64,000 nt of DNA from the NCBI RefSeq assembly GCF_036321535.1, contig NC_087436.1:94304001-94368000 (forward strand). The letters are read 5' to 3'. A program made the translations under genes and the position numbers. This stretch comes from Camelus dromedarius. Taxonomy: Eukaryota. Each line of letters opens with the position of its first letter. The first letter of the stretch is position 1. This document shows, piece by piece, positions 1 to 13,959 of this stretch. The notes under the pieces are model-generated. The model was not told where the DNA came from, searched no databases, and saw only the letters and a program-made list of their open reading frames with translations.

Positions 1-511
1 CCCAGGACCCGTAAAACAACTTCACACCCACCAGGATGTCTATAATCAAAAAGGCAGATGATAAGTGTCAGAGAGGATGTGGAGAAATTGTAATAAACCC
101 TTACACACTGCTGATGGAAACGTAAAATAACGTAGCCACTTTGGAAAATGTTTGGCAGCCGTTACTCAAATGGTTAAACATTTCCACACCCACATATTTA
201 TACACTAAGACCCATCATATTTCCACCCCGCTGCTATTCAATTAAGTTTCATACTCTACTTCGTCATCTACAGAGAAAAAGTTACAGAAATTTAAATGCT
301 TGTTGTGCACAAAGATACTGAAGAAAAAAAAATAACCAGTATAAATTCATTATTTTGAGCAAACAGATATTCTAAACCAAATAGGCTATAGGTAGTTAAA
401 TTTCCAGTCTACACAAAATGGTAAGAAATAATCATTAAATTATCTAACAAACCAATTACATTTTCATATACGATCATTTACCATTATTGTAAAAAATAAA
501 TAGCTCTATAC

Positions 512-650
512 CTTTTTCTCTTTAGACTTCTGTGCAGCATGAGAAGCGACATTCTCATTTTGGTGAACAAACTCTTGCGCTACAACTGTTCTTACAGGGT
601 CTCCATCAAGAACACAATTTAGAAATTGCACTGTGTGTTCTAATGAATAG
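512..650 (-). CDS. N4BP2: N4BP2 coding exon (139 nt), YSLEHTVQFLNCVLDGDPVRTVVAQ...; gene continues left of the window (Smr-domain exons not present)
   Basis: ctacag|CTAT acceptor; AAG|GTATAG donor; cumulative CDS 4779 nt, phase 0. Confidence 0.94.
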
Positions 651-2481
651 CTGTAGAAAGTTTAAGTACAAATATAAGATCAATAAATGAAAATAAAAGT
701 TATGTGGAAACATTAACATAAGCAATCCTTCAAACATTTTAGAAGAATATGAAGAACTAGCTCATTTCTAAGTTTTAAACATCAAACATTTAAACATTAA
801 ATGCTCATTATATATCTCAAAGATTCAAGAATGACAAGAGGGAAAGTGTCAAGTTACAGGCTCTCAAAAACTAATTTTTAAATGCATATCACAAAGTAAC
901 ACGTTGATAATTAACCCATCTTCTTATCTTTTATTCTAGGTAGATTTTCCACAAATCTTTCTTTCATCTTATCAGCTATACTTAAGTCCCTTATTGGATT
1001 CACACATGGTTTCAGTTTCTATTGTGCTAAATTTCACATTTTACTTATACCATGTGGGCTCTAGTCAAAGAAATTCTAAGCAGAGATACAGAAGGGAAAA
1101 AATAAAACACTACCTTACCTCCCACCCCTACATTATTCAGGCATATTTTCATGGTGATACTACATTACATGGAATATGAAATCTTACAAAAATTTACACT
1201 TATGTCCCCATATCCAAAGAAATTCATTCCAAAGCAAATTGTAAGTGATTTTACACTGCTCAGTATTTCAGACTATTTATGCCTATGATTTCTTCCAATG
1301 GCCAGATAATGAAGAGCTGACCACAAAGGAATATTTTTAAAATGTGATACATAGTTACCTAAAATAGTGTGATATTTTGCTATTCTTCAATTTATTGAAG
1401 ACAATCCTTGAAGGGGAACCATCTAGGACCACCAGTTCCACTTTAGCATTCTCATCTTGCTGCCCCACATATGGGGGTTTCTAGGGGATAGAAGCTACCA
1501 GAAATTATCCACATCCTAACTAGTCTTTAAAATAACCTGGCTTGCCCACTCACAGGGCTGGAAGCCAGTCTCCACCACAGATGTTGTTAGAAGTACATGG
1601 CCCAGGAAGATTACATCACAGGCTTATACTGCAGTAACTGAACAAACCTACCCTTCTTACCAGGATGAAGCTGGAACTACTGCCAACTGAGAAGATTATC
1701 TAGCTATTGGCAGACAAATGGAGGTAATCATTTAATACCATAATACCTACCCTGAGGGGCCTGACTGACCTATCACTCTGGGTATCTGAGGGAAGGACTC
1801 ACTCAGTCTCTTTAACTAGCCCGGGGAACCACAACTCTGGGTTTTTTCCACATCAGGCCTTCTTGTCCTGGTTCCCCCACAGAAAAGAGTGGCCACATGC
1901 CAGCACCACACTTCTAACCCCCAGTGCCTAGGGGTATTTTAACATATAACTCTAAGAAAACAGTAGTTTAGGTAGCAAAAATAAAAAGGGAAATTTTGGA
2001 TTGAAATAATATCATGAAAAACTTGAATCAAGTGACATATTTAGAACTCTGCATAATCAGCAACGAATATTTTTGAAAAGTACTTTCATATAATATTTAT
2101 ACATGATCATAAAGAAAATCTCAAATTCTAAAAAGTAGAACTCTTCCAGGCTGCATTCTTGTACCCCAATGCAACAAAACCAAAATAAACAGTATAAACA
2201 AAATAAACTCCCCACATCACCAAACCATCAAACCATTTAGAAAATTAAAAATTCTTGAACAAATGAGAAAATCAAGCCAAGTTAGATATTATTTAAAAAA
2301 TAATAAAAATGAACACTATATATCAAAATCGAAACATTACATATATATCAAGAACATTTTACAGAGAAAAATTCATACCCTTAAATATATTTGCTATTAA
2401 AGACTGAAAGGAAACTAAACAAAGAGTTGAAAATAGATCAATAAATTTTAAGAGAAAGGAACCATCAAAATAGAAAGGAAA

Positions 2482-2581
2482 GGGGTGGGGGTGTATCGCT
2501 CAGTGGTAGAGTGCGTGCTTGGTATGTACGAGGTCCTGGGTTCAATCCCCAGTACCTCTGTAAAGAGAAAAAAAAAAAAAA
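2482..2581 (+). mobile_element. tRNA-Ala-derived SINE (camelid Vic-1-like)
   Basis: A box (gctcagtggta), B box (gggttcaatccc), poly-A tail. Confidence 0.85.
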
Positions 2582-4167
2582 GAGGAATCACCAAAAACAA
2601 AAGCAAAAGTAAATGATTAGAGAATATAAAACAGACTTTGATAAATAAACTAAGAGCTTGTTCTTTAAAAGGGCCAAGCTGCAAAAACAAAGAGAACAGA
2701 AAAAAAAATTGGGAAAGGAAAAAGGCATATGATCAAATATAAAACAATGTTTTTAATTATTACAGCAGATTACATATAACTTAACAATAATAAACTTGAA
2801 AGCCCAGGTAAAATTTATGATTTTCTAGAAGAGAAACTACCAGAAAAGACTCATAAAAAAAAAAAAGCAAACATCTGAAAAAAGCAGTAACCTTAAAGAG
2901 AGTAAAAAGTTCTAAAAATCTTCTTCCTAAAAGGCGCAACCCCAGAACCTTCAAGGTACTAATTTATTTATATTTTCCAGAGCATTATACTTGCCAGATT
3001 CCTTTATTAAGCCTAATACCAAATAAAACTCCGATACCAAAATCTGACAAAAATAACACAGGAATAGAAAATCACAGATTAATCGCATTTACTTACTGTC
3101 ACAAAAATCCTGAAATCAATTTCTACACTGCATTAAAGGAAAAAAACCTGAAGGTAATTTTTACTCCAGAAATTATTGTGATTGACATGAAATATACTAA
3201 TAAACTAAAGTAAAAACTCTGTATTAGATTCTCAAAAAATTCTTAAAAGGTATCTATTTAAAACAACTCTTGATAAAATTGAAATTTAAGGACTACATTA
3301 AGATTGAAAGTATGTATTACTACTCAAATCAGAAGCATTCCTAACATACCAAACATCAAAACATACTATAACACTACAATAATTAAAATAAGATGGTGGA
3401 AACCCAGGACCAAACAAACAGCTCAATGGAATCAAAGAGTCTATAAAAGAAAATGTACGTTTAGGAATGTAGTAAATATTAGTGGTTATATTTTATGTCA
3501 ATGGATAAAGATGATCTATTCATCCAGGGGATAATCATTTAGAAAAACAAGTTAAATCTCTACTTCATACTACACACAGTAAGCCTTTATTAAAGAAAAT
3601 TTGGCACTAGCTACAAAAACTTTTAATGCACACACTGAACCAGCAATTTCACCTTTGAGAAGCAGCCTACAGCAGCATTCACCCACACACACAGAAACAT
3701 ATGTTCAAGAATGCTCAGTGCAACATCGTTTCCAATTTTTCTTACAGTCAAAAAGCCTATAGAGCATGTTTAAATAAACTACAGTACTTTCACTTAAGAA
3801 TACTACGGAATACTCTATAGACTTTTAAAAGTAAAAAGCCGATGACAAAGTATGGACAGGAAAAATAAGTAACAGCAAAACTGTAAAACACAACCCATTT
3901 TTTGTGAAATATACATTTCTATACAGACAAAAAAGCAAATAGATACACATGTATGTACACACATTAATGTAAGTGTATGAGAAAAAGACTGAGGAGGACT
4001 ATGAATCAACTGACAGAAACTTCTCACTTTCTACATCATTACATTTAAATGGTTTAATATACCTATAGTTATTTTTGTTGTCAGAAATATAAAAATAATA
4101 TATTGAAATACATGACATATGCTCTCAATGATATCATAACAGAAACTACAATCCTTCTAGCACTCAC

Positions 4168-4286
4168 TTGTGGTCCTTGAAAATGTCCACCAGAAAATTT
4201 TGGTTAATGGCTGGAAATATCTTGAAGAGCTGCTTCTCCTTTAGTTTAGTGGCACAATCTTTTTCAAACGTAAGTGGCTCCCTTCT
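4168..4286 (-). CDS. N4BP2: N4BP2 coding exon (119 nt), RREPLTFEKDCATKLKEKQLFKIFPAINQNFLVDIFKDH
   Basis: tttag|AGAAGG acceptor; CAA|GTGAGT donor. Confidence 0.95.
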
Positions 4287-4689
4287 CTAAATCAAACAAA
4301 CAAACAAAAAAAAGACAAAAATCATCCTTAAGATGGAATTTACAATACCAGTTATGCTGATCCAAAGCAAGGTTATTTTATTGCAAGACTAATAATTTAA
4401 AAGCAATCACAGATTTTCTTCACTGACTAAAGGCTGAAATTAGTAACGTGAGTATTCTTGCACTATTTATTTATATCCCATTTTTTGCTAAGTATTCAAA
4501 GCTGCTCATTAATATATACATACATATAATCACACATATACACATATATGTATGCATGTGTATATATACTCAAATATACACACACAACACATTCAATCAA
4601 ATTATACACAAAAGGATAAAGATATATATATATATATAAACAGGATATAAATAAATGAAGAAGTCAGAGAGTAGAGGAAATAAAGGTAA

Positions 4690-4965
4690 GAGTATAGGAT
4701 AAAGCTAATAAGTAAAATTAGTATATAAATGCATGCCACAAAATCCTGTACAATTTGCTAAAGGTGGGCCACAAATTCAGTTCTGAGCTTCTCAGTGGCC
4801 AAAGCAAAGGGGGAAACAAAGATTCTGTGTCCATAAAATAAAAACAAACCAGTTGCTCAGGAGAAGTACAGCTTTTTCTGGTACTGAGACCTGAGAGAAA
4901 TTTCTCCCATGGGTCTTCATAAAAGGGACACTGTGTGATGCTGTGAACAACGTCCTCAAAAACAT
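4690..4965. mobile_element. Ancient repeat resembling Penelope1_Vert
   Basis: ggtgggccacaaatt...aaaacaaaccagttgctcaggagaag...gagagaaatttctccc matches my recollection of this consensus; not verified. Confidence 0.5.
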
Positions 4966-7088
4966 ATTCTCCTCAATGGGCAGAAACTACAATGTACAAA
5001 TAAGTTCAAATTCAGGTTGACAGAAAATCTTAAAATTCACATTAAAAAAATTTTTCACAAACATATTTACGCCAAAATAACTGTATGTGAATTGTTACTG
5101 TTATTTTTTTCAAAGTCATATTTGGATTGTTTGACTTGCCAAACCAAAAGAGCTTTCCTAAAATTTGCTATTTTAATTCTAACTGAGGATTATGGCAAAC
5201 ATTCTTAAAGTGATTTCTAACTCGAAGACAATTCATTGATGTGGTGTAACTATGTAGTATTTTTTACTCCAAAAATCCTAATGTCTGAAAAGTAACTTCG
5301 TATAAAATTTCAAAGGTATCTCTGAAAATATAAAAATTACAATTTAGGACAATCCTAGAATAGTTTTTGGTTTTGAAGCCTAACCATATTTAGGCCATTT
5401 ATAACACCGAACAACAAAAGAAGGGCCACAATAGATGGCAATCTGACCAGCAAAAAGGACTGGTAAAGCTGAACATATCACATATCACAAGAGTGATGGA
5501 AATAAGCCACCTCAGGATTTTAAATATTTCATATTTAAGATATATATTATAATCCAAACCTACTAAAAAATTCAGTGATCAGATTTACTAGCAATCTGCT
5601 AGGTAGTAGAGTTTCTAAACTATAAGGTCTCATCAATAAACTGGAAAGCTCATAACCTTAATCATTTTACAATTAATTCTTCTATTCATACATTATGCCT
5701 AATGTTTATTACATATTCTTTGCTTAAAAAGAATTCAAAGTATATTCTCCTTTGGGAAATTCTCCTACTGAGGCTCTACCTATGGTAATATCCTTAGGAT
5801 CAAAAGAGTACAGCTTCTATTACCCAACCCACAGAAAGACAAGCAAAAATCACTGATAGAAAAAAAAAAAAAATTAAGTTGGGAAGTCAAAGAGTCTTAT
5901 TTGTTCATTATTATACTGAGAGATTAAAAGATATTTATTTGTTCATTATTGTACTGAGAGATTAAAAGGCAGGTTAGAACCATAAAGATAAGTTTCAGTA
6001 ATGGAAAATGGCATCTCAACAAAAAGTGTCACACCATTTTGGCATAAATTCTAGGCTTTCCTTATTTTTTAAGAAAACCCATTTTTCCACTTTATTACAT
6101 AAATTGAAGAGATATCTGAAACAACACTAATTATGAGATCCTACTGAAGAGATTGTTCCTCGGATTATGTAAACATGCAAAGATGAAAATGGTAGCATAT
6201 TTCCAATTTAATTAACAAGATAACTGGGGGATTTAAAAATCAAGGTGGAGGAATACCATCAGTCTTTCTATGCCCTAATTCTATGTATTTCAGCCAAATA
6301 TAAAGGTGCTCCTTTAAGCAATCGAATGAGTTAAAAAAAAAAAAAAAAACAAGAAGGCAAAATGTTTTAACATCATCATCTAAGAACTTTTTTTCTTTGA
6401 GAACTAGACTAAATAACCTCTAAGGTCTTCACCCTTTTGTTTCTGAAATACTCAAACGCTAAATTTTCAGAATTTCAGAAAAGCCTAAGAAAAAGAAATG
6501 CAAAAGAAACCAAATTCTCTTATGGCTTCATATAATTAGATATGCTGAATAAGGAACAAAAATTAAGTTCAAAGTAAAGTGAAGTTTCTGTTTGAATTTG
6601 TTTAATTGAAAAGTTAGAAAAAGAAGAATACTTAATTTTTAATTCAAGTTCTTGTTTCTCAAATTTTTTTTCTAAAAAATTTTATTTCAAAGATGGATAC
6701 TTCTTTAATAGCAAGACAGTCATTTCTTATTACTAATTTATGAATAAAATCTTCAAAAGGGACTTTTTTTGTTTTTCTAGAATTAAAAAATTACAGAAGT
6801 AAATGTTAAAAGAAATATGCAGCTCAATCACCTGCAAAAATAAATCTAAAACAACAGATTTAACACAGATTGGCTTACTGTTAACAGAATATCAATAAAT
6901 TTCCCAGAAGTAAAAAAACCCCAATTTCAAGCTATATTTAAAACACTTTTCAATTTTAACATTAACTTTGACTAGGTTAAAATACAGATTCCAGACAAGG
7001 AAAAGTAGAACCAAATGAAAATCACAAAGTAAACACACAATCAACCTAGAATCAGAGACAAAGGCTTAATGTTTATGCTAACTCATAC

Positions 7089-7285
7089 CAAATCATGCTT
7101 TTCCTGTAAGGCAATTTCTTCTGACATTATTTCTCTGAGCGATACTTTTTTAGTTTGAGTGTTCCAATGATCCAATAAGGGTAGCATTTCAGGTGCTGCT
7201 AAAGTCCTCAGTAATTTTTTGCCTGTTCTCTGAGATGATTTTTGTTCAGGATTATCAAGACCAACATGCCCAACCAGGGAAGGAT
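7089..7285 (-). CDS. N4BP2: N4BP2 coding exon (197 nt), DPSLVGHVGLDNPEQ...SLREIMSEEIALQEKHDL
   Basis: ttatag|ATCC acceptor; TTG|GTATGA donor; open in frame. Confidence 0.95.
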
Positions 7286-8594
7286 CTATAAAAGCAATAT
7301 CAATAGTATCAGACCCTCAACAATAAATGTACAAGTTAGGCATTATTCATTCTGTTACACCTAGCTCAGAGAGACTCAGGAAACATGATTTTTTACTTTC
7401 AGCTTATAAATGTAACATAACTCTGAAGTTTCAGAAGATATCTTCATATAATTGCAAGCAAGAAATATGTATAAATGGTAGAATATTCAAATGAGCAATG
7501 ATCTGGGTATCATCGTAAATCAAGTCAGCGCTTCCCACTCTTTTCATATCACATCAACACACAGAAAAAGTGATACACATACACTGGTAAACAGAGGAAG
7601 GTGCAGCCAGCCAGAAGAGTCTAGCTAGATCGGCTCTGGTCAGCTCTTCTTAGCCACTCCCAAGAACTGAAAGGATCAATTATTTCTGCAAATCTGTAAC
7701 CCACTGGAGGCACACAATAAATACTGAACAAATGGTATTCAACATAAGGAACTGAATATTCTAAGAAGTTCATAATCACAAGATTTAGTGTATAGTATTT
7801 CAGCGTTTCTAAGGGATAGCAACACATTCTGATATACTAATTTGCTTTCCTGGAGAGTGAAGACATAGCCAATACTGTCATCTGAGTAACTCTGATATCC
7901 TTTGGGCACCTTTAGCTTTCAAACAACTTTAGTTCTTGAAGCTGCAACACAAGCATAGGTCTGAACTAAAGCTAAGGATCTTCACTCTGTCCATCTTCAA
8001 TCTGGAGTCCTAGTACGGACTGGACAAGAGCGGCATCTAGAGGAACTCATGCACAAAAGGAGGACACTATAACAGGTCTGCCACCCTGAACTAATCATAT
8101 AGGACAGTGCTACCTAAGAAATCTTCTGGAATCAAATATTTTCAATTTGGCAGATGTCCTGAAAAAAGCATGCTGACTTCTGTGCTCTAACAATATTAAC
8201 ATCAATAAAAACTTTGAATGACCAAGTAATATTTCAATGTTCTCAAACACATGAACATTTTATTGCTCTCAAACCAGAATGGTTTTCTATCATTCAGAGC
8301 AAAATCATAAATAGGAAATACCCTGACTACATATGCATTAGAGCACACCTTGTGTGTTCCACAGCACTCCTGAAAGTTAAACAGTATTATAGGGGCTTTT
8401 TTCTTCTTTAAGTTTTACTTTATTTTATATCAATATTAAATGTTAAATATTTTTAAAGAACTTTTTTTTGCAAATCAAAATTCTTGGGTAACATATTTTG
8501 TGGAAGCATATTTAAAATGAGTTGAAATTCATACACACACACCAAGTTTCAATACCAAGACAAGAACGTAAGAAGTAAAAGTATGTGCTTTTAC

Positions 8595-8640
8595 CTTGCA
8601 TTAACTTGCCACAGGATACCTCTTCCTGTCTCTGTCGCTC
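8595..8640 (-). CDS. N4BP2: N4BP2 coding exon (46 nt), ERQRQEEVSCGKLMQ
   Basis: gttag|GAGC acceptor; CAAG|GTAAAA donor; phases 0/1 match neighbours. Confidence 0.92.
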
Positions 8641-9161
8641 CTAACATAAAGGCAGAACAGGGGATTGGCAAAAGAGGGTGCATTAGAAAACCAAGCGTAT
8701 GTCATTTTTCTCTAGTAATCATTTCTCCTTGTAAAACTATCACCCGTTCTTGCTAAATCTAATAAAATTAGATAAAAATTATAAAGTATAACTATATCTA
8801 TATATTTTTCTTATAGAGCTCTTATGCTGTATTTTTTTTAATGGTTTTGAAATTTAATTAGCACTGCAAGCCTTTAATCTAGGGAGAAAAAAACTAATTA
8901 TGATTTTTTTTCCCTTAAAAAAAAATATCAACAATCATATTGAGCTCCATCGTTAATCATACAGTTTGGCCAGTGTGGAAATGATCTACAACACTGCATA
9001 GAGAAAAAAAAAATTTAGTAATCCATTAACTGGTGAAGTTCATTCTCTCTCAAAGTCTAAATTCAGTAGAACTCTTTCATATAACATAATAGATTTTACT
9101 GAAGAGCAAAGGTGACAAAATGCACACAAGGGGGGCCCTTTATAAAATGAAGCCTACCAAC

Positions 9162-9247
9162 CATTACAGATTCTTTCCATTTCTCATGAATCACTTTAGC
9201 CAGATTCAGATCTATATGAACCACACAATCCTCAACTGTTAGGGACC
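9162..9247 (-). CDS. N4BP2: N4BP2 coding exon (86 nt), SLTVEDCVVHIDLNLAKVIHEKWKESVM
   Basis: cacaag|GGTC acceptor; ATG|GTTGGT donor; in frame. Confidence 0.94.
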
Positions 9248-9870
9248 CTTGTGAAGGGAAAAAAAGAGGAAAAAATATGATCATTACTCATTATACATTT
9301 GCAGAAAACATATTCAACTACTTTATGCATCATGAAACTAATTTGTATTTTTAATCACCAACCTATGTATCTAGTTCTAAATCTCCTGGAGTACTTTTAT
9401 GTAGTATGTCATTGTTTTCACACTTCTTGGCACGTACAGTGTTATACAATGCTTCATATATTTAAGTTATTCACGTCCATTAGTCTAAATATATTTAATT
9501 TATTCATTTCCATTATTCAAGACCTTCCAGCAAGTGTGTTCTAAGAAATTAATCTTGCCCTAAGTATATCTGGAGTAGCACCAAAAGATTCAAAAAGATT
9601 CACCTATGCAAATAAGGATGAGTTGAATATCAGAGAAAACTTTCAATATATACATGGGATGAACACAAATTCCATATAAATATTGTATTTTCAAATTATA
9701 TTTTTAAAAATCTTCTACAAACACATTGTGTCAAAAATAACAAAGTAGGCAACACAAATTATTTTACATTTCAGTTAACATATGAAATAGTTTTAAAACT
9801 GAAACAGAATTCTCCATCTATATTCTATTCACACAAAGACACGCATATAGGTAATTTACTTTTTTCTTAC

Positions 9871-12251
9871 CTGAATCAATACCAACAGGGCCAAATAATT
9901 CACTGAGCTGAAAAGCCAGTTCAGGGGGTAATGCCAATTCCAGACAGTCTATGGTCAGAGATCTGGCCATCGTGGGTGTAGAAGTCAACATCTCAGTTTT
10001 ATCTTCTTCAGTAACTTCAGCTGACAAAGTATTCCCTGCCATTAGAATTTTTTCCATTTCCCGTTCATCTTCATTCATAAATTCTTCTGTGTTTGGAAAT
10101 TTCACATAATCCTTTGGAAGATTTTCATTTTTATTTATTTCAAGAGAGTCAGTAAAATAAGTTTCTTCATGCAATTCAAGATTTGAAGTGTTTGATCCAG
10201 AGTTTAAAATATCAGACAAATTCAAAGAAGAATGTATACTGTCTCCAACCTCTGTGACTTCTGGATGCTTTTCCATTTCATTCACATTTTTAATGGTAGT
10301 AGCTTTCAGAGTACCTGGAAAAAACTGCTTAATGCTACATAAACCTGAAAGTTCTGCCTGACTATTAGGAAGTACTTCATTAGTATTCTTTAGATCTACA
10401 GTGGCGTTAGGAAATATACTTGTTATTAATCCAGGTTTTTCAGTAGTTATAGCTCTCATTTCTGCCTGCTCTGAGTTTTCCTTTTCTGAATTACAGGAAG
10501 ACTGTACATTAGTGTTACTGATACCAATTCCATGGCTAAATTCTGGCACAGAAGAACTGGAATCCTCTAAAGTTCCTCTTTGGCTAATAATTTCCTTCAA
10601 GTTCAGTCCCAGAGAAAATGGCCCAATTTGTGCTGCATCATACGATTTCTGGATATTCTCAAATTCTGTTTCCTCACATAATTTAGTTTCAGAATCCAAC
10701 AAAAGGCTTGTGGCCCAAATAATATCTTTGTTACACCTCTCATATAAGTCCTTTAGGGCTTCTAAAGAAAAGGATCCAAACAGTTTACAAAGAATGTTAA
10801 GATTTTCAGACTCATCAGCACTAGTAAGCTCACTTTCTTCAACGTATGTGCTTTTGTCATACATTACCCTATATGGAATTGTATCTTGAACATCTAGTTT
10901 TGTGTTAATACTGAAAGCCTTTGGTTTAAATCCATCTAATCTTCCTGTTAATACTCTCAGAGAATCTGAAACACTAATTTTATTCTTTTCTATTTTCCAT
11001 AAGAGGGCAAAATCCTGTGGTTCAGTCTGGGTACACACGCCTACTCCTATTCCAGGAACTTCTTTACACTTTTCTTCCGGAAATTCAGCTGAAGGCTGTG
11101 GTCCTACTCCTCCAGGAACAGTCGGCACATTATTGGTGTAAGTGAGAGGCAATGTGTGTTGTGTATGAATCTGTTTACCTGGACAAGACTTATTCTCATG
11201 GCTCATTTCATTGGACAGCATTTCAGAACTTCCTAGGGAATTACTACCCAGCGTTTTTAGTTCTTCAGGGCTTGTGCCCCAACAGGCCTCATGTGCTGTG
11301 TATAAGGATATTTCATTCATACTGCTGTTTGTTCCAAATTCTAGGTGCGGTTCACTTAAGCTAGCCTTTGGCATTCTTGATCTGTGCTCTCTCTGAGCTA
11401 AAGAATCAGATGAAGGCCAGTCTCCCACAATGTTGAATGAGTCTTTTTCAGTATTTTTGTAAGGATCATATTTACTGCTATTGAAAGATTCTGAAGCATC
11501 ATCACACTGTGACTTGTCATCCTCTACATTTTCATGTGGAGAGCCTTGTTGCTGGATACAATCTATACTCACAGATAAACTGCTATCTACCACTTTGCGT
11601 GATTGAGGGCGATTATACTTTTTGTCACTTTGTACAGATGAAGCCTTTTCAGTTTTTCGGTTCCTTTTTGTCCTCTGACCAATAGTTTTATCCACTGGCC
11701 AGTCACCAACAAAAGACAGCTCATGTCTTGGGAACTTTTCCAAAGTTGATTTGCTTTTTTGTTTTCCAAAGGCTTTTTTCTTTACTGTTGCTCTTTCTTC
11801 CCACATTTCACCAGGTGGAGATTTTTCATTTTGAGGTGGCACAGTATTTGAAAGATCACAGTCTTCTTGACTATTTTCACCATAGCAAGTACCCGGTGAC
11901 ACTCCTTCTTCAGAACTATCTGCACTGGTTTTACTGCACTCTTTATCAGAAGCCATTTTTACTTGTTCTTCTTTTTCACTTTTATCTGTAACTCGTACTT
12001 TACTTTCAGAATCAGAAAACCAAGTGTCTGGAAATTCCTGAATGAAAGCACTCTGAATGTTAGAGTTCACGCCACTTATTTCGTTTCTTCCTCTGTTTAA
12101 ATCTGCATTAGGGAGATATGTAACATTCTCAGGCAACATAGTTTCCTTGGTCACTTCAAGTTTCTTCTCTTCAGTTAACTCCAGGTGCTTCAAAGATAAG
12201 GATAAAACATTTTCTTCTTTTTCAGAGGTAATATCTTCATTGTCTCTCGGG
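9871..12251 (-). CDS. N4BP2: N4BP2 large coding exon (2381 nt)
   Basis: 791-aa ORF 9818..12193; ttttacag|CCCG acceptor; TCAG|GTAAGA donor. Confidence 0.97.
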
Positions 12252-12965
12252 CTGTAAAAAAAAATTTTATTATAGGAAAGTCTCTTATTGTTGCCCTTAG
12301 TATTATAATTTAAATTAAGGGATCATAAAAGAGCATTTATGAATTTTCTCTCCCCAATTCCTTTTTAATAGAGCCTCTCATGCATAACTTACTATCAAAA
12401 AATCTGAGTAATTTAGATCTCTATTTATATTTAAGGCTTCTTTCTTATTTATTTATTCAATTGTCTATGTATCCTAAATGTTTTTTACAGAATCAGTACT
12501 GTCCTAGATTGCAAACTTTCAAAAGGCTATGACTTGTATTACCTAGTAAAAGTACACAATGAATAATAAATTTTTACAATACTAGTGTGAGAGAGTATTT
12601 TTATTAATACCTAAGAAAATCAAGAAGTAATGTGAATTTATTATACAAAATAATAATAGAGGCAAGATAAGGTAACAGATAAATACCGGAACAGCAGCAA
12701 GTTAAATAGAGAAGGCAGGAGTATTCATAGGATAAACATGGACCTACATAAACCAGAAGACAATGCAACAACTCCCATGTGTGTCATCATTCACATAAAC
12801 TTTTACTTCTCTTGCTAACCATACACATCTTGCTTCAGGTAAGACTATATAAATCCTACAAATAACAAATGTCTACATTATTTTTAAAGCTATTTGGCAG
12901 TGATTTCACAAGCTCCAAAATTACATTTTTCTTAAATTATGTTTTAAATTGAATTTTTAACCTAC

Positions 12966-13118
12966 CTAGTACTGTCCTCACAAGAATATGCACACAACTC
13001 AATACGTTCGATTTTCTCTGGAACTGAAGAACTCATGATTATTGGCACTGAAACAAAACGCTGATAGTGTTCCAACATTCTTGTTATTTTTTCTTTGCTT
13101 ACCCCATGAATATTACGC
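12966..13118 (-). CDS. N4BP2: N4BP2 coding exon (153 nt), RNIHGVSKEKITRMLEHYQRF...
   Basis: tttag|GCGT acceptor; CTAG|GTAGGT donor; RNIHGV kinase-lid motif. Confidence 0.95.
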
Positions 13119-13959
13119 CTAAAATTCCAATGGAAAAAAGAGTAGACGGAACATCAGTAATCAAGTTAAAAAAAAAAAAACCCAGCTCATATAATGCCAA
13201 GAAAAACAATGATACATTTTTAATACATAAAAATATCAAAGCTTTTATTATGACATGATATAAACTATTTGATTTTAATTTTCATTGTATTCAAGATTTA
13301 TTCTATATTACCATTTTCTTAATCATTTCATACAATCTTTTCCAAAGATCCTTTATCAGCATGGAAAAAAAAAACAGCAGATCTTAACAACTTTAAAAGA
13401 AGTTATTCTTAAGCTTTGCAAAAAAGTCTCATAAGAATATGACCATCATTTCAAGCCTTTAATTCATTAAATAGTGAATAATAAAATTCCACTACAAAGG
13501 CTTCCACTTATGCCAGTACAGTAGACTAGATGTCTCAAAGGGCCCGGCCATTACAATAAAACTGGACCCCATATAAATTAAAGCAAACACATATTTTAAT
13601 ACATGTTTAAGTTCAAGCAAAGGAAAAAGCTTCCTAGTATCTCTGGACATCCAAATACGTATCTGTGTTTTCACTCATGGTGGCTTATTTGTGTGCTTCT
13701 GTTTGTGAGTTCATATTTTGTTGAAGCTAATATATGGGACTCCTTAGGCCTTAAACTGGGGGTGCTTTCATTAATATAACATCTGGATTTGCATCTGCCA
13801 GGAGGCAAGATGATATGCTTTAGTCCCTCAAGGGTCTTGTCTTAATGAAAACATCTCAGACTCAACCCTCTTATCTTGAGTTGGATCTAAGGTTTAATGT
13901 CTGGATCTCAGGGCTAATATTAGCATTTGTCACCTGAGCAAATCTGGCTTTCATATTTA

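Noticed and set aside
1440..1945. GC-richer ~500-bp block, possibly an old LTR
   Set aside because: I could not assign a family or find convincing termini or a TSD.
2482..2560. tRNA-Ala-like sequence as a real tRNA gene (also 47364 and 48709)
   Set aside because: Poly-A tails, diverged stems and insertion inside L1 indicate SINEs.
10401..12257. Plus-strand ORFs up to 162 aa (and similar ones at 26145-27201)
   Set aside because: Antisense shadows of the large N4BP2 exons.
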